A DNA stretch of 64,000 nucleotides from Eledone cirrhosa (Eukaryota), in the NCBI GenBank assembly GCA_964016885.1, contig OZ024750.1, forward strand, positions 51,026,001 to 51,090,000, written 5' to 3'. This document shows, piece by piece, positions 51,225 to 64,000 of this stretch. Position 1 is the stretch's first letter. Every line of letters begins with the position of its first letter. The position numbers were made by a program, and so were the translations under genes. The notes beneath the pieces are model-generated. The model was not told the DNA's origin. It saw nothing but the letters and a program-made list of their open reading frames with translations, and ran no database searches.

Positions 51225-53682
51225 TTAAAATACAAATATTAATAAAATCGTTGTTCTTTTGATCCATTACATTTTATTATACATATTTAGGAGCTACAAC
51301 AATACATCCTCATCAGACAAAATATAATGATACATGACATACCCTGAGATGTTAAATGGTTAAGATTTAATCAAGGTAGTGATTAACCCAAGTGAAAATT
51401 CAACATGTATACCCTAATAATGAGAAAATGCGAAAACGTATTAAATTCAATAGAGAATGTGTGAGTAAGAAAAAACGTTGGTTAATGTGACAGCTATAGA
51501 GATTTTAAAATGTAGGATACTACATGTTATGTTTATCTAGGAAAACTTCTCATGAATTATAACAGTCAATGAGGGCCGCTGAGAGGGTCATTAAAAGAGA
51601 GGAATCTAAAATACTCCATTCTTTGGACAAAACTTCGGAATTGTGGAGTTTACCGCAACTCTAGTATATCAAATAACTGCGCGCTCTGTACAATGGAGAC
51701 CCTGTTGATTATTAATAACTATGAGACCCTAATTAACAAAAAAAGTGACTTATTCTCTAATTGCCTTCATAAAGCTACGACCACATTTTTAGCCTCCCAC
51801 AAAACTAGAAAAAAAGAGAGAGAAACATTAAACCATTAAAACTTGGTTTTCAGATGTATATAATCAACAGGGAAAAACATTAATGGCCTTTAATATTGCA
51901 TTATCTTATAACTATCTATAGAAGAAATAACTGTTTCTACCTTAGGCACCAGGCCAGCTATTACCCAGTACATTACTGGTACTTTTTTTTATCGACCCCG
52001 TAAGGATGAAAGGCAAAGTTAGAAGAAATAACGCTCGAATGAATGACATTTGTTTAATAACACGCCGGCACATTGATATATAACGTAATATTATTAACTC
52101 TGATCCATACCATTATTTCTCTATCTTTATTTTCCTATCTTATATTTTATATTTTGTTCTTACCTCCTCCATATTGAGGACGCCTTTGCATGTAAACTCC
52201 CCCCTTTGTACTTGTCCCACTTTTGATGCCCTTGTGGCAAATAAAAAGAAAGTTATCTTTATTTTTCCTATCTAGTTTTAAACCCTTATATTTTTACGAA
52301 AATTATTTTTAACTGTGAATCTTTCATGTGTTTACACTTTCGATTACTTATTTATAATATGTATATAATTATCTTTTGTAAGTTTTTAAATATACCTACC
52401 GTATTTTTATATCCATGATTCAAATATAGAGCAAATATCCAAACTATAAATTATTATGGACCTTATTTTGAACTCTGAATTATCCATGCATTTATTATTG
52501 TTTTTCTTATATATATGTATGTATTTAACTGTAACACGTCGAAATCCTTTATATAAGATTATAATCGTTATCATTTACCTAAAGTATACTGTATCACTAA
52601 TACCTAATATATATCTATATACCTCCCTATATCTCTCTATACATAATCTTTAGATAACTTCTAAATTTCTAGATTTTTATTTATTTTGAACTATGATTAA
52701 TTCATGCATTTACACCCTGTTATATATATATATATATAGGTATCTATTTAACTTTAGCATGCTTCAATCTATTACTTTATATTCGTTATAATTTACCTAA
52801 AATATACTGGCTCATTAATTAATATATATCTATATACATAATCGTTATTTAAATATTTATAACAATAGGTACTTCATAAGCGTTACATGAAAATGTTGAC
52901 ATTTTCTATAGATTATCTTCGTTAAAGTTTACATTTAGGAAAATACTCAACAGTGTAAATTTTCCTATCGCTGGCCAGGTAAATCCTTTAAATATTACCC
53001 TCATAAAATTCAGAAGTTTAGAAATGTTAATACACTTATAGAATTTATAAAATTAATAAATATAAATAACCAGCAACTTAAAACAAAAAACTTAAATCTA
53101 GATTCTTCACCCTAAAATAACATAAATTAACTATTTTGAAACTTAACCGTTTAGCTTTTGGAAAATATCTCTTTCTGCATATATTACCCCCCCCCCCCTT
53201 ATCTTTCCCTCTCTCTAAATCCCCTCTCAGCGACCCTCATTGACTGTTATAATTCATGAGATGTTTTCCTAGATAACCATAACTTGTAGTATCCTACATT
53301 TTAAAATCTCTATAGCTGTCACATTAACCAACGTTTTTTCTTACTCACACATTCTCTATTGAATTTATTACGTTTTCGCATTTTCTCATTATTAGGTATA
53401 AATATTGAATTTTCTCTTGAGTTAATCACTACCTTGATTAAATCTTAACCATTTAACATCTCAAGGTATGTCATGAATCATTATATTTTGTCTGATGAGG
53501 ATGTACTGTTGTACCTCCTAAATATGTATAATAACATGTAATTGATCAATAGAACATCTATTTTATTAATATTTGTATTTTAATATTAATAACTCTGGAA
53601 AATTATTTTTCTTAGAGTGCTTCCAATCTACTGTAAAACTCATTCACCTGATATACTCATTGAATCTTGTTTAACTCTTTAA
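51223..53682 (+). mobile_element. Naiad-type Penelope element: inverted pLTR, endonuclease C-terminus, 3' UTR, pLTR and tail
   Basis: Arms 51223-51587 and 53222-53585; 51588-51840 translates SLKERNLKYSILW..CALCTME..INKKSDLFSNCLH, homologous to 10673-11011; CTGATGA-GGA...TCC-TAAA at 53492; nested SINE (51930-52020) and Tx1 3' end (about 52170-52260). Confidence 0.8.
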
Positions 53683-55849
53683 TATATATAATCATATATA
53701 TATAATTATATATTCGTGTACAGATAGTTTTCCATACACAATAACAAAATATAAACAAACGTATTTATTTCACGAAGCTCGATAAGGATAAATATATATC
53801 AAATATATAAGAACCCTAGAGCAAATCCCATACAAATGGCAATATTGAGTTATAATATCATGAATTAGGCTATGTTAGTGCTACTACTAATTAATACCAA
53901 GTCATTAAGCAAATGAATAGTTATTCTCTGCAATATCTATATAAGGTATAGCTTATTTACAACCTTAGTATTAAAAATCACTAAAAATGTAGAAATCCTG
54001 GAGTGGTTTACGTACTCACACGGCTACTGAGGTAGCTGAATCATGATCACTGCTTAAAATAGCCACAGCCATACTTATGTATGTTTATTATACATATACA
54101 TATTGTATATGATTTCCTATACATCTTTATTATGAAACATACTGCGTAAGTGATACTATACATTAAAAATATTGTCGATATCAGCAGATATACATTAAAC
54201 ACCAAACATTGTGCAATATTTGACAGAATGAACATTTTTTGAAATAGGGAAAGGTAAGGGAAGAAGCCAATACCAAGATCGGACCAAACAAATTATATAT
54301 CACTTGGCTGTTCTATTGATATCTGCCGCTCACAAACACGTAGAAGAAACCTATCTTCTTTTCTGGTAACAAGAGGTGGGATTCGAAACTTAGAACGTAC
54401 AGGGCCGGAACAGATACCGCAAGGCATCTCGTCTCATGACTTAACAGTTCTTTCAAACCATCACCTATGACTTATATTTTGTTTATTTGAACTCAGACTG
54501 CTGAGAACCAAAATAAGTAATGAAGTATTTAATCAAACATTCTAAGGACTCTACTAATTTGTTAACTGGTGAGAATAATCAAATCAGGCAAAAATTGTAA
54601 ATGAGATCAATAACAGTAAAAAGATAAGGCATGATAAAGATTATATAACAATAACAATATAAATAACAGATAAAATAATGCTTACTACTTAACAGACAAA
54701 AGAAACACAAGATCGATAACAAATGTGCAGAAAATATAATTATATGTCAGACTGAAAAAAATACCTACTTTCGATGAAGAACCTTAAAATGAATGTGAGA
54801 TTTATTCTATTAAATAAAAGAAAATAAGTACTTATCGAGGTAATGCTTTCTATTTAATTGCATTTTCATGAAATCCAAACACAATCATGCAGACGATTAC
54901 TTCGTCATAATAGTGCAATTAACCTTCACAGTCTATTTCGTCGTTTTTCTTTTTAATATTTTCCTGATAATTGTTACACTTGAAAAATACACACAAAACT
55001 GGTGACATTGATGATAATTAAAAATACATTTAGGAGACGATTGGTTATATAACACGTAGAAGTTTACTTTTAGATATAATGCAAATAGGTAAGAGAATAA
55101 CCCGACCTTAAAAAATGCGCGTTCGCTCTCTGTCAGTTCCGATGACAATTGTTCCAGTTAATTCGATCAACAGAACAGCCTCCACGTGAAAATATCGGTC
55201 AAGTGGCAGAGCATTTAACAGACTTGTGTAAATTTAAGGCAGTTCTCAAGGAGACTCAACACGACATATTGTCACAATTCTGACCCTTTCAAATACAAAT
55301 ATAGCTCATTTTTTCCAGCTGGGAAAATTGAAGCTACCTAATATAAAGACCCAAATCAAAAACTTAAATTGAACTCAAGATCATGAGCCGAAAACTCGGG
55401 TTTAAGTTGTTCGTTAAGGTGTAGCGCAGTAATATTATCATACAGACAACAACAAAAATAACATAAAAAGAAGACAGCCTCCATGGAATATTATACTTTT
55501 CAGACCCTCCGCAAGTAAACTCACACAACCCAGTAACGCAGCTAAGATGAGGCGAGTAAAGGCCGCCTCTAAAAAGGCCTCGTGTTCGCGGGTTTGACAA
55601 AGTACTAAATTGGTGACTGACGTGAATAAAATCACGGAGTCTGCAACTGCAATCTGGTGAGGAAAACAAAAATGAACTATATGGCATCGTCCTTCGCTCG
55701 AGTTAACAAGGGACGAATTCAAGCCTTTAGGGCTTGAACGAAAAAAATATATTGCAGTCTCTATTTCATGCCTCAAAAACTGGTGATGGGCATGCGACCT
55801 GTCTTGGGAGGCGTAGGATGAACGCTCAATGATTGCGTATCCCGAGACC

Positions 55850-56600
55850 CCAGCGAGGGTCCAAAGGGGAGCAGATCTTGATAATTGGAACTTGATACTA
55901 TAGATTTGGATGGAGGATTGAAACTCCACTATTCAGGTGTGGTGCCAGAAATGACTACACAGGCAGGAGTGAGGTTACTGACAAGCTCCCGGCTGTCAGA
56001 ATATGTTATGGACTGGATCCCATTAGGAGGGAGGATTTTCTTCTTGAAGCTTAGGCTGAAAGATAGGTCTCTGTGGGTAGGGCAAGTTTATGCACCAAAC
56101 AAGGAGTCCAAATACAGAAGCTCCTGATGGGAGACTGCAATGCATATGTTGGCACTAACCACCTAGTATAGAACCGAGTGACATGGAAGGAATGTCGACC
56201 CCGATTTAAATACAAATGGAGAGGCCTTGCTGTTCTAGCAATGGACTCTCTATTATGTACACCTTCTTCTAGTAAAATATAAATAGTATGCAGGGAATCA
56301 GGGGCAGAGATCAATAATTGATTTCCTTATTGTCTCTGATCTCTTTGATTCTGTGCTGGGTGTTAAGATGGATGCTGAGCTGTCAGCTGATCACCATTTA
56401 GTTATCTGCAACCGGAGACAAACTAAAGCCTAGGGAGCCCACGAAACTGGCAAGTCCAGGGCGACCTACAAAATAAAGTGGGAAGCATTGGTAGATAAGG
56501 AAGGCAGAACAAGGTTTGCAGATAATATTACATCCAAATTCAGAGAACTCCCTGAGCAAACTGAGGACGTTGAGACAGTGGAGATTGTTCAGCTGAGCAG
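55850..56600 (+). pseudogene. Decayed RTE (Expander-like) APE endonuclease
   Basis: LHYSGV..QAGV.LL..RI..LKLR..VYAPN, LMGDCNAYVG, SIIDFLIVS, ELSADHHLV, IKWEAL. Confidence 0.75.
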
Positions 56601-57407
56601 TTTCTGTCACTGGGGTGTTGCGCCACGCGTTTTTTGACTGACCATGTGACCTGGGTTTCGATGTTCTTGCAGACACACCAGGATGAACACATTTTCTGCA
56701 CAAACCTTCAGCGGAGGGCCGCACCACCACTGCACACATCGTTATATGTGTACCATCCCACACCCGCAACCTTACTCCCCCAAGTTCAATCTGTCTACCC
56801 TAACCTACAACCCCACGCAAAATTCGATCCTGTAAATGTACTGTCGCACACACCACCACCGCCACCACTAGATACATCCACATACTTCAACAACCACTAA
56901 CATCATTAACATCATCAACACATATCATCCCTCACTCCCAGAACGACTGTGTTACATCTGCCCTCTCCCTATGCTTTACCCTGAAACCCACCGTAACATC
57001 TGATCATGTAATCATATTGTTGAACATATCACCCCATCACCACCACCACCACCATGACCACAAACTTTACGTCCACAAACTTTTCCCCCGTGTTCCCTAT
57101 GTCACCTTTTAACCTGTAACCCATCGTATTATTCGATCCTGTATATGTTTGTCGCTCACAACTCCACCACCGCCACCACAAGGCACAACTCCATACCTCA
57201 ACATTCATTAACTTCATTACATCACCAACACATACCTTCCCTCTCGAACCAACGCAAGTGTGTGTGTCTGTGTGTAAATATGTTTATATATGTGTGCGTA
57301 TGTGTATACTATTATATATATATATATATATGTGTGTATATGTATATGTATATGTATGTGTATTTGTATATCTGTGTTTACGTGCATGTGTGTATATCTA
57401 TATGTGT

Positions 57408-57439
<32 letters not shown>

Positions 57440-58300
57440 GTAGGTCTATATGTACAACACCATCTCCATTGGCTCTCACCCTCCCTCTATCTTTGTACTA
57501 CGCCACCCCCACCGATCCCTCCCTCTCTCTATATATCCACACGCGCGCATGCGCACATATATGTGTGCGTATATATGCATATAGATATATGTACGTGTGG
57601 GTGTGTGTATATAAGTGTGTATGTATATATGTCAGTACATTTGCGCATGTATATATATATATACAACGTATTTGTCAGACTAAGAGTGTCTAGATATGTA
57701 CCTCCCCATGGACTTGACACCACCAACACATCCACCACACCACCACAAACGCCACTACCATAAACAACAACACCACAACCACACCTCACACAAAAACCAG
57801 CCGCAAATATACGCCAACCTGTCTACCGACAATCCACTGCCCCCACATCATCCCAGTCAGTGACCGTCACCAACATCTTATCATCACATCCACCCCCACA
57901 TACACTACATCCCTATGATCTATTCCACCAATCAAAACAACTCATATTGTACAACTTATGAACTTCTGACTTTATCACATAGCATGTATTCATTTTCTTA
58001 TACCATGTTAAAGGGTCCGTCGAGCTGCCGATTATTGAGTCGCGTAAGTTCGATAAACATCGAACCTTGAGCTGATCAGTGGCGAAACGCGCGTCACCTA
58101 CCAATAAATGTAATGAAGGAGTAACCAATCGTCCTTGTTATCCTTTCAATATATTACACCGTGTATAGCTCTACACCAACACAGAAGTGAACCTAAATAT
58201 CGAGTGCTCACCCGGGTGAACCTGCAGTAACTCCAAGTTACACTCCCTAGATATCACCACTCCCCTACACACCCTTTGAACTCTGTTCCCATACACTTCT

Positions 58301-58333
58301 CACCTGAGGAAGGGCTTATGCCCGAAACGTCGT
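58301..58333 (+). ncRNA. Minimal Penelope-type hammerhead motif
   Basis: CAC-CTGAGGA-AGGGC-ttat-GCCC-GAAAC-GTC-GT; stem I is weak. Confidence 0.5.
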
Positions 58334-58949
58334 CCCCCACATTGTGGCCGTACATCTTTTAGAAGATGTACGGCCACAATTATTCCAATGGAAGCCGAAT
58401 AATGATATGTTCTATACCGTAATACATGTCATTAGCAGGAGGATAGTTATGTTATCTGTATAAATTAAATACGGTGCCTTCTCTTTAAAGTGAGATATTT
58501 AACAACAAACGTTAAACATTATGCTAAACGATTGTAATGGACTTACCAAAATGAATAGTGTCGAGAAATATGTGAATAACGAAAACTTCACTCAAAAGTA
58601 TGAATTTGAGTTGATTACTTTTAGTGAACAGGCCTCTCAAAACAAATTGCTGATCATAGTGACAAACAATAACCGAGCCATCAAGGGGGCTAGAAATTGC
58701 AGCCAGATCTCATGGAATGGAATAAACCCCAACTTGTGACTTTTGCCCAAAACCGGATACCTGCTGTGGAACCCAAAGACCAGTTTACGGATTATAATAA
58801 CCACAGACGTTTTAAGGCCACTTTATCTGCCACTGCTGAGGTTAGGCGTGCGAGTCTCAATATGTGGAGCCTTTCTTTAGGAAAAATATTTTCGCCGGAT
58901 GGCTTTCGTGGCCCCAGTCCTGTGTTACTGATGAAGTGGAAACCGCTGC

Positions 58950-61900
58950 TTCCACCTCATCAGTGACACAGATATAGAAGAAGCGGTTTACACCTCATCA
59001 GTGACACAGATGTGGAAGTAGTGGTTTCCACCTCATCAGCGACACAGATGTGGAAGTAGGGGTTTCCTCCTCATCAGTGACACAGATGTGGAAGTAGCAG
59101 TTTCCACCTCATCAGTGACACAGATGTGGAAGTAGCAGTTTCCACCTCATCAGTGACACAGATGTGGAAGTAGCAGTTTCCACCTCATCAGTAACACATA
59201 TGTGGAAGTAGGGGTTTCCACCTCATCAGCGACACAGATGTGGAAGTAGGGGTTTCCACCTCATCAGCGACACAGATGTGGAAGTAGGGGTTTCCTCCTC
59301 ATCAGTGACACAGATGTGGAAGTAGCGGTTTCCACTTCATCAGTGACACATATGTGGAAGTAGCGGTTTCCACCTCATCAGTGACACAGATGTGGAAGTA
59401 GGGGTTTCCACCTCATCAGTGACACAGATGTGGAAGTAGCAGTTTCCACCTCATCGGTGACACAGATACGGAAGTAGGGGTTTCCTCCTCATCAGTGACA
59501 CAGATGTGGAAGTAGCGGTTTCCACCTCATCAGTGACACAGATATAGAAGAAGCGGTTTCCACCTCATCAGTGACACAGATGTGGAAGTAGCGGTTTCCA
59601 CCTCATCAGTGACACAGATGTGGAAGTAGCGGTTTACACCTCATCAGTGACACAGATGTGGAAGTAGCAGTTTCCACCTCTTCAGTGACACAGATGTGGA
59701 AGTAGCGGTTTCCACCTCATCAGTGACACATATGTGGAAGTAGCAGTTTCCACCTCATCAGTGACACAGATGTGGAAGTAGCAGTTTCGGCCTCATCGGT
59801 GACACAGATACGGAAGTAGGGGTTTCCACCTCATCAGTGACACAGATACGGAAGTAGGGGTTTCCACCTCACCAGCGACACATATGTGGAAGTAGCGGTT
59901 TCCTCCTCACCAGTGACACAGATGTGGAAGTAGCAGTTTCCACCTCATCAGTGACACAGATGTGGAAGTAGCAGTTTCCACCTCATCAGTGACACAGATA
60001 CGGAAGTAGGGTTTTCCACCTCATCAGTGACACAGATGTGGAAGTAGCGGTTTCCACCTCATCAGTGACACAAATGTGGAAGTAGCAATTTCCACCTCAT
60101 CAGTGACACAGATGTGGAAGTAGCGGTTTCCACCTCACCAGTGACACAGATGTGGAAGTAGCAGTTTCCACCTCATCAGTGACACAGATACGGAAGTAGC
60201 GGTTTCCACCTCATCAGTGACACAGATGTGGAAGTAGCAATTTCCACCTCATCAGTGACACAGATGTGGAAGTAGGGGTTTCCACCTCATCAGTGACACA
60301 GATGTGGAAGTAGCGGTTTCCACCTCATCAGTGACACAGATGTAGAAGTAGCGGTTTCCACCTCATCAGTGACACAGATGTGGAAGTAGCAGTTTCCACC
60401 TCATCAGTGACACAGATACGGAAGTAGCGGTTTCCACCTCATCAGTGACACAGATGTGGAAGTAGCAGTTTCCACCTCATCAGTGACACAGATGTGGAAG
60501 TAGCGGTTTCCACCTCATCAGTGACACATATGTGGAAGTAGCGGTTTCCACCTCATCAGTGACACAGATGTGGAAGTAGCAGTTTCCACCTCATCAGTGA
60601 CACAGATACGGAAGTAGCGGTTTCCACCTCATCAGTGACACAGATGTGGAAGTAGCAGTTTCCACCTCATCAGTGACACAGATGTGGAAGTAGCGGTTTC
60701 CACCTCATCAGTGACACAGATGTGGAAGTAGCAGTTTCCACCTCATCAGTGACACAGATACGGAAGTAGGGGTTTCCACCTCATCAGTGACACAGATACG
60801 GAAGTAGCGGTTTCCACCTCATCAGTGACACAGATGTGGAAGTAGCAGTTTCCACCTCATCAGTGACACAGATGTGGAAGTAGCAGTTTCCACCTCATCA
60901 GTGACACAGATGTGGAAGTAGCAGTTTCCACCTCATCAGTGACACAGATGTGGAAGTAGCGGTTTCCACCTCATCAGTGATACAGATGTGGAAGTAGCAG
61001 TTTCCACCTCTTCAGTGACACAGATGTGGAAGTAGCTTTTCCACCTCATCAGTGGCACAGATGTGGAAGTAGTGGTTTCCACCTCATCAGTGACACAGAT
61101 GTGGAAGTAGCGGTTTATACCTCATCAGTGACACAGATACGGAAGTAGGGGTTTCCACCTCATCAGTGACACAGATGTGGAAGTAGCGGTTTCCACCTCA
61201 TCAGTGACACAGATGTGGAAGTAGTGGTTTCCACCTCATCAGTGACACAGATGTGGAAGTAGCAGTTTCCACCTCTTCAGTGACACAGATGTGGAAGTAG
61301 CAGTTTCCACCTCATCAGTGACACAGATACGGAAGTAGGGGTTTCCACCTCATCAGTGACACAGATGTGGAAGTAGCGGTTTACACCTCACCAGTGACAC
61401 AGATGTGGAAGTAGCAGTTTCCACCTCATCAGTGACACAGATACGGAAGTAGGGGTTTCCACCTCATCAGTGACACAGATGTGGAAGTAGCAGTTTCCAC
61501 CTCATCAGTGACACAGATGTGGAAGTAGCAGTTTCCACCTCATCAGTGACACAGATACGGAAGTAGGGGTTTCCACCTAATCAGTGACACAGATGTGGAA
61601 GTAGCGGTTTCCACCTCATCAGTGACACAGATGTGGAAGTAGCAGTTTCCACCTCATCAGTGACACATATGTGGAAGTAGCGGTTTTCACCTCTTCAGTG
61701 ACACAGATGTGGAAGTAGCAGTTTCCACCTCATCAGTGACACAGATGTGGAAGTAGCAGTTTCCACCTCATCGGTGACACAGATACGGAAGTAGGGGTTT
61801 CCACCTCATCAGTTACACAGATACGGAAGTAGGGGTTTCTACCTCATCAGCGACACATATGTGGAAGTAGCGGTTTCCACCTCACCAGTGACACAGATGT

Positions 61901-64000
61901 GGAAGTAGCAGTTTCCACCTCATCAGTGACACAGATGTAGAAGTAGCGGTTTCCACCTCATCAGTGACACAGATGTGGAAGTAGCAGTTTCCACCACATC
62001 AGTGACACAGATACGTAAGTAGCGGTTTCCACCTCATCAGTGACACAGATGTGGAAGTAGCAGTTTCCACCTCATCAGTGACACAGATGTGGAAGTAGCG
62101 GTTTCCACCTCATCAGTGACACAGATGTGGAAGTAGCGGTTTCCACCTCATCAGTGACACAGATGTGGAAGTAGCAGTTTCCACCTCATCAGTGATACAG
62201 ATGTGGAAGTAGCAGTTTCCACCTCTTCAGTGACACAGATGTGGAAGTAGCAGTTTCCACCTCATCAGTGACACAGATGTGGAAGTAGCGGTTTCCACCT
62301 CATCAGTGACACAGATGTGGAAGTAGCAGTTTCCACCTCATCAGTGACACAGATACGGAAGTAGGGGTTTCCACCTCATCAGTGACACAGATACGGAAGT
62401 AGCGGTTTCCACCTCATCAGTGACACAGATGTGGAAGTAGCAGTTTCCACCTCATCAGTGACACAGATACGGAAGTAGGGGTTTCCACCTCATCAGTGAC
62501 ACAGATGTGGAAGTAGCGGTTTACACCTCACCAGTGACACAGATGTGGAAGTAGCAGTTTCCACCTCATCAGTGACACAGATACGGAAGTAGGGGTTTCC
62601 ACCTCATCAGTGACACAGATGTGGAAGTAGCAGTTTCCACCTCATCAGTGACACAGATGTGGAAGTAGCAGTTTCCACCTCATCAGTGACACAGATACGG
62701 AAGTAGGGGTTTCCACCTAATCAGTGACACAGATGTGGAAGTAGCGGTTTCCACCTCATCAGTGACACAGATGTGGAAGTAGCAGTTTCCACCTCATCAG
62801 TGACACATATGTGGAAGTAGCGGTTTTCACCTCTTCAGTGACACAGATGTGGAAGTAGCAGTTTCCACCTCATCAGTGACACAGATGTGGAAGTAGCAGT
62901 TTCCACCTCATCGGTGACACAGATACGGAAGTAGGGGTTTCCACCTCATCAGTTACACAGATACGGAAGTAGGGGTTTCTACCTCATCAGCGACACATAT
63001 GTGGAAGTAGCGGTTTCCACCTCACCAGTGACACAGATGTGGAAGTAGCAGTTTCCACCTCATCAGTGACACAGATGTAGAAGTAGCGGTTTCCACCTCA
63101 TCAGTGACACAGATGTGGAAGTAGCAGTTTCCACCACATCAGTGACACAGATACGTAAGTAGCGGTTTCCACCTCATCAGTGACACAGATGTGGAAGTAG
63201 CAGTTTCCACCTCATCAGTGACACAGATGTGGAAGTAGCGGTTTCCACCTCATCAGTGACACAGATGTGGAAGTAGCGGTTTCCACCTCATCAGTGACAC
63301 AGATGTGGAAGTAGCAGTTTCCACCTCATCAGTGATACAGATGTGGAAGTAGCAGTTTCCACCTCTTCAGTGACACAGATGTGGAAGTAGCAGTTTCCAC
63401 CTCATCAGTGACACAGATGTGGAAGTAGCGGTTTCCACCTCATCAGTGACACAGATGTGGAAGTAGCAGTTTCCACCTCATCAGTGACACAGATACGGAA
63501 ATAGGGGTTTCCACCTCATCTGTGACACAGATACGGAAGTAGGGGTTTCCACCTCATCAGTGACACAGATGTGGAAGTAGCAGTTTCCACCTCATCAGTG
63601 ACACAGATACGAAAGTAGGGGTTTCCACCTCATCAGTGACACAGATACGGAAATAGGGGTTTCCACCTCATCAGTGACACAGATGTGGAAGTAGCCGTTT
63701 CCATCTCATCAGTGACACAAATGTGAAAGTAGCCGTTTCCACCTCATCAGTGACACAGATACGGAAACAGGGGTTTCCACCTCATCAGTGACACAGATAC
63801 GGAAGTAGGGGTTTCCACCTCATCAGTGACACAGATACGGAAGTAGCAGTTTCCACCTCATCAGTGGCACAGATGTGGAAGTAGCAGTTTCCACCTCATC
63901 AGTGACACAGATGTGGAAGTAGCAGTTTCCACCTCATCAGTGACACAGATGTGGAAGTAGCAGTTTCCACCTAATCAGTGACACAGATACGGAAGTAGGG
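58950..64000. repeat. 38-bp satellite, about 130 copies, running off the window end, with a 30-mer (1140-bp) higher-order duplication
   Basis: Unit ccacctcatcagtgacacagatgtggaagtagc(a/g)gttt; rare variants recur at 61571 and 62711, among others. Confidence 0.97.

Noticed and set aside
58697-58966. 89-aa ORF before the satellite
   Set aside because: No recognisable motif or splice support.

Overview
This is repeat-saturated animal genomic DNA, not prokaryotic. The tRNA-derived SINEs, (TA)/(TACA)/(TATC) microsatellites and LINE families resemble an octopod cephalopod (inference). Nearly all recognisable coding sequence belongs to transposable elements: Expander-type RTE fragments, an Ingi-like LINE with RNase H, three tandem Tx1/L1 LINEs, two tandem R4/Dong-type LINEs, Naiad-type Penelope fragments, an internally deleted AcademX transposon, a hAT MITE and many SINEs. 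Five observations stand out. (1) A near-homogeneous 310-bp tandem array carries one intact type I hammerhead ribozyme per unit, in two divergent arms within (TA)n; it is a candidate retrozyme or circular-RNA replicon. (2) Several other unrelated hammerhead-bearing Penelope-like mini-elements occur, one with a compensatory U3:A8 core. (3) A 51 x 48-bp minisatellite reads (GCDSLLPPGVVE-RRKR)n on the minus strand and can be spliced in frame to an upstream exon, suggesting a furin-cleaved peptide precursor. (4) Two non-L1 LINEs show twin-priming-type 5' inversions. (5) A 38-bp satellite contains hammerhead core motifs. All calls come from manual reading; no searches or folding programs were run.
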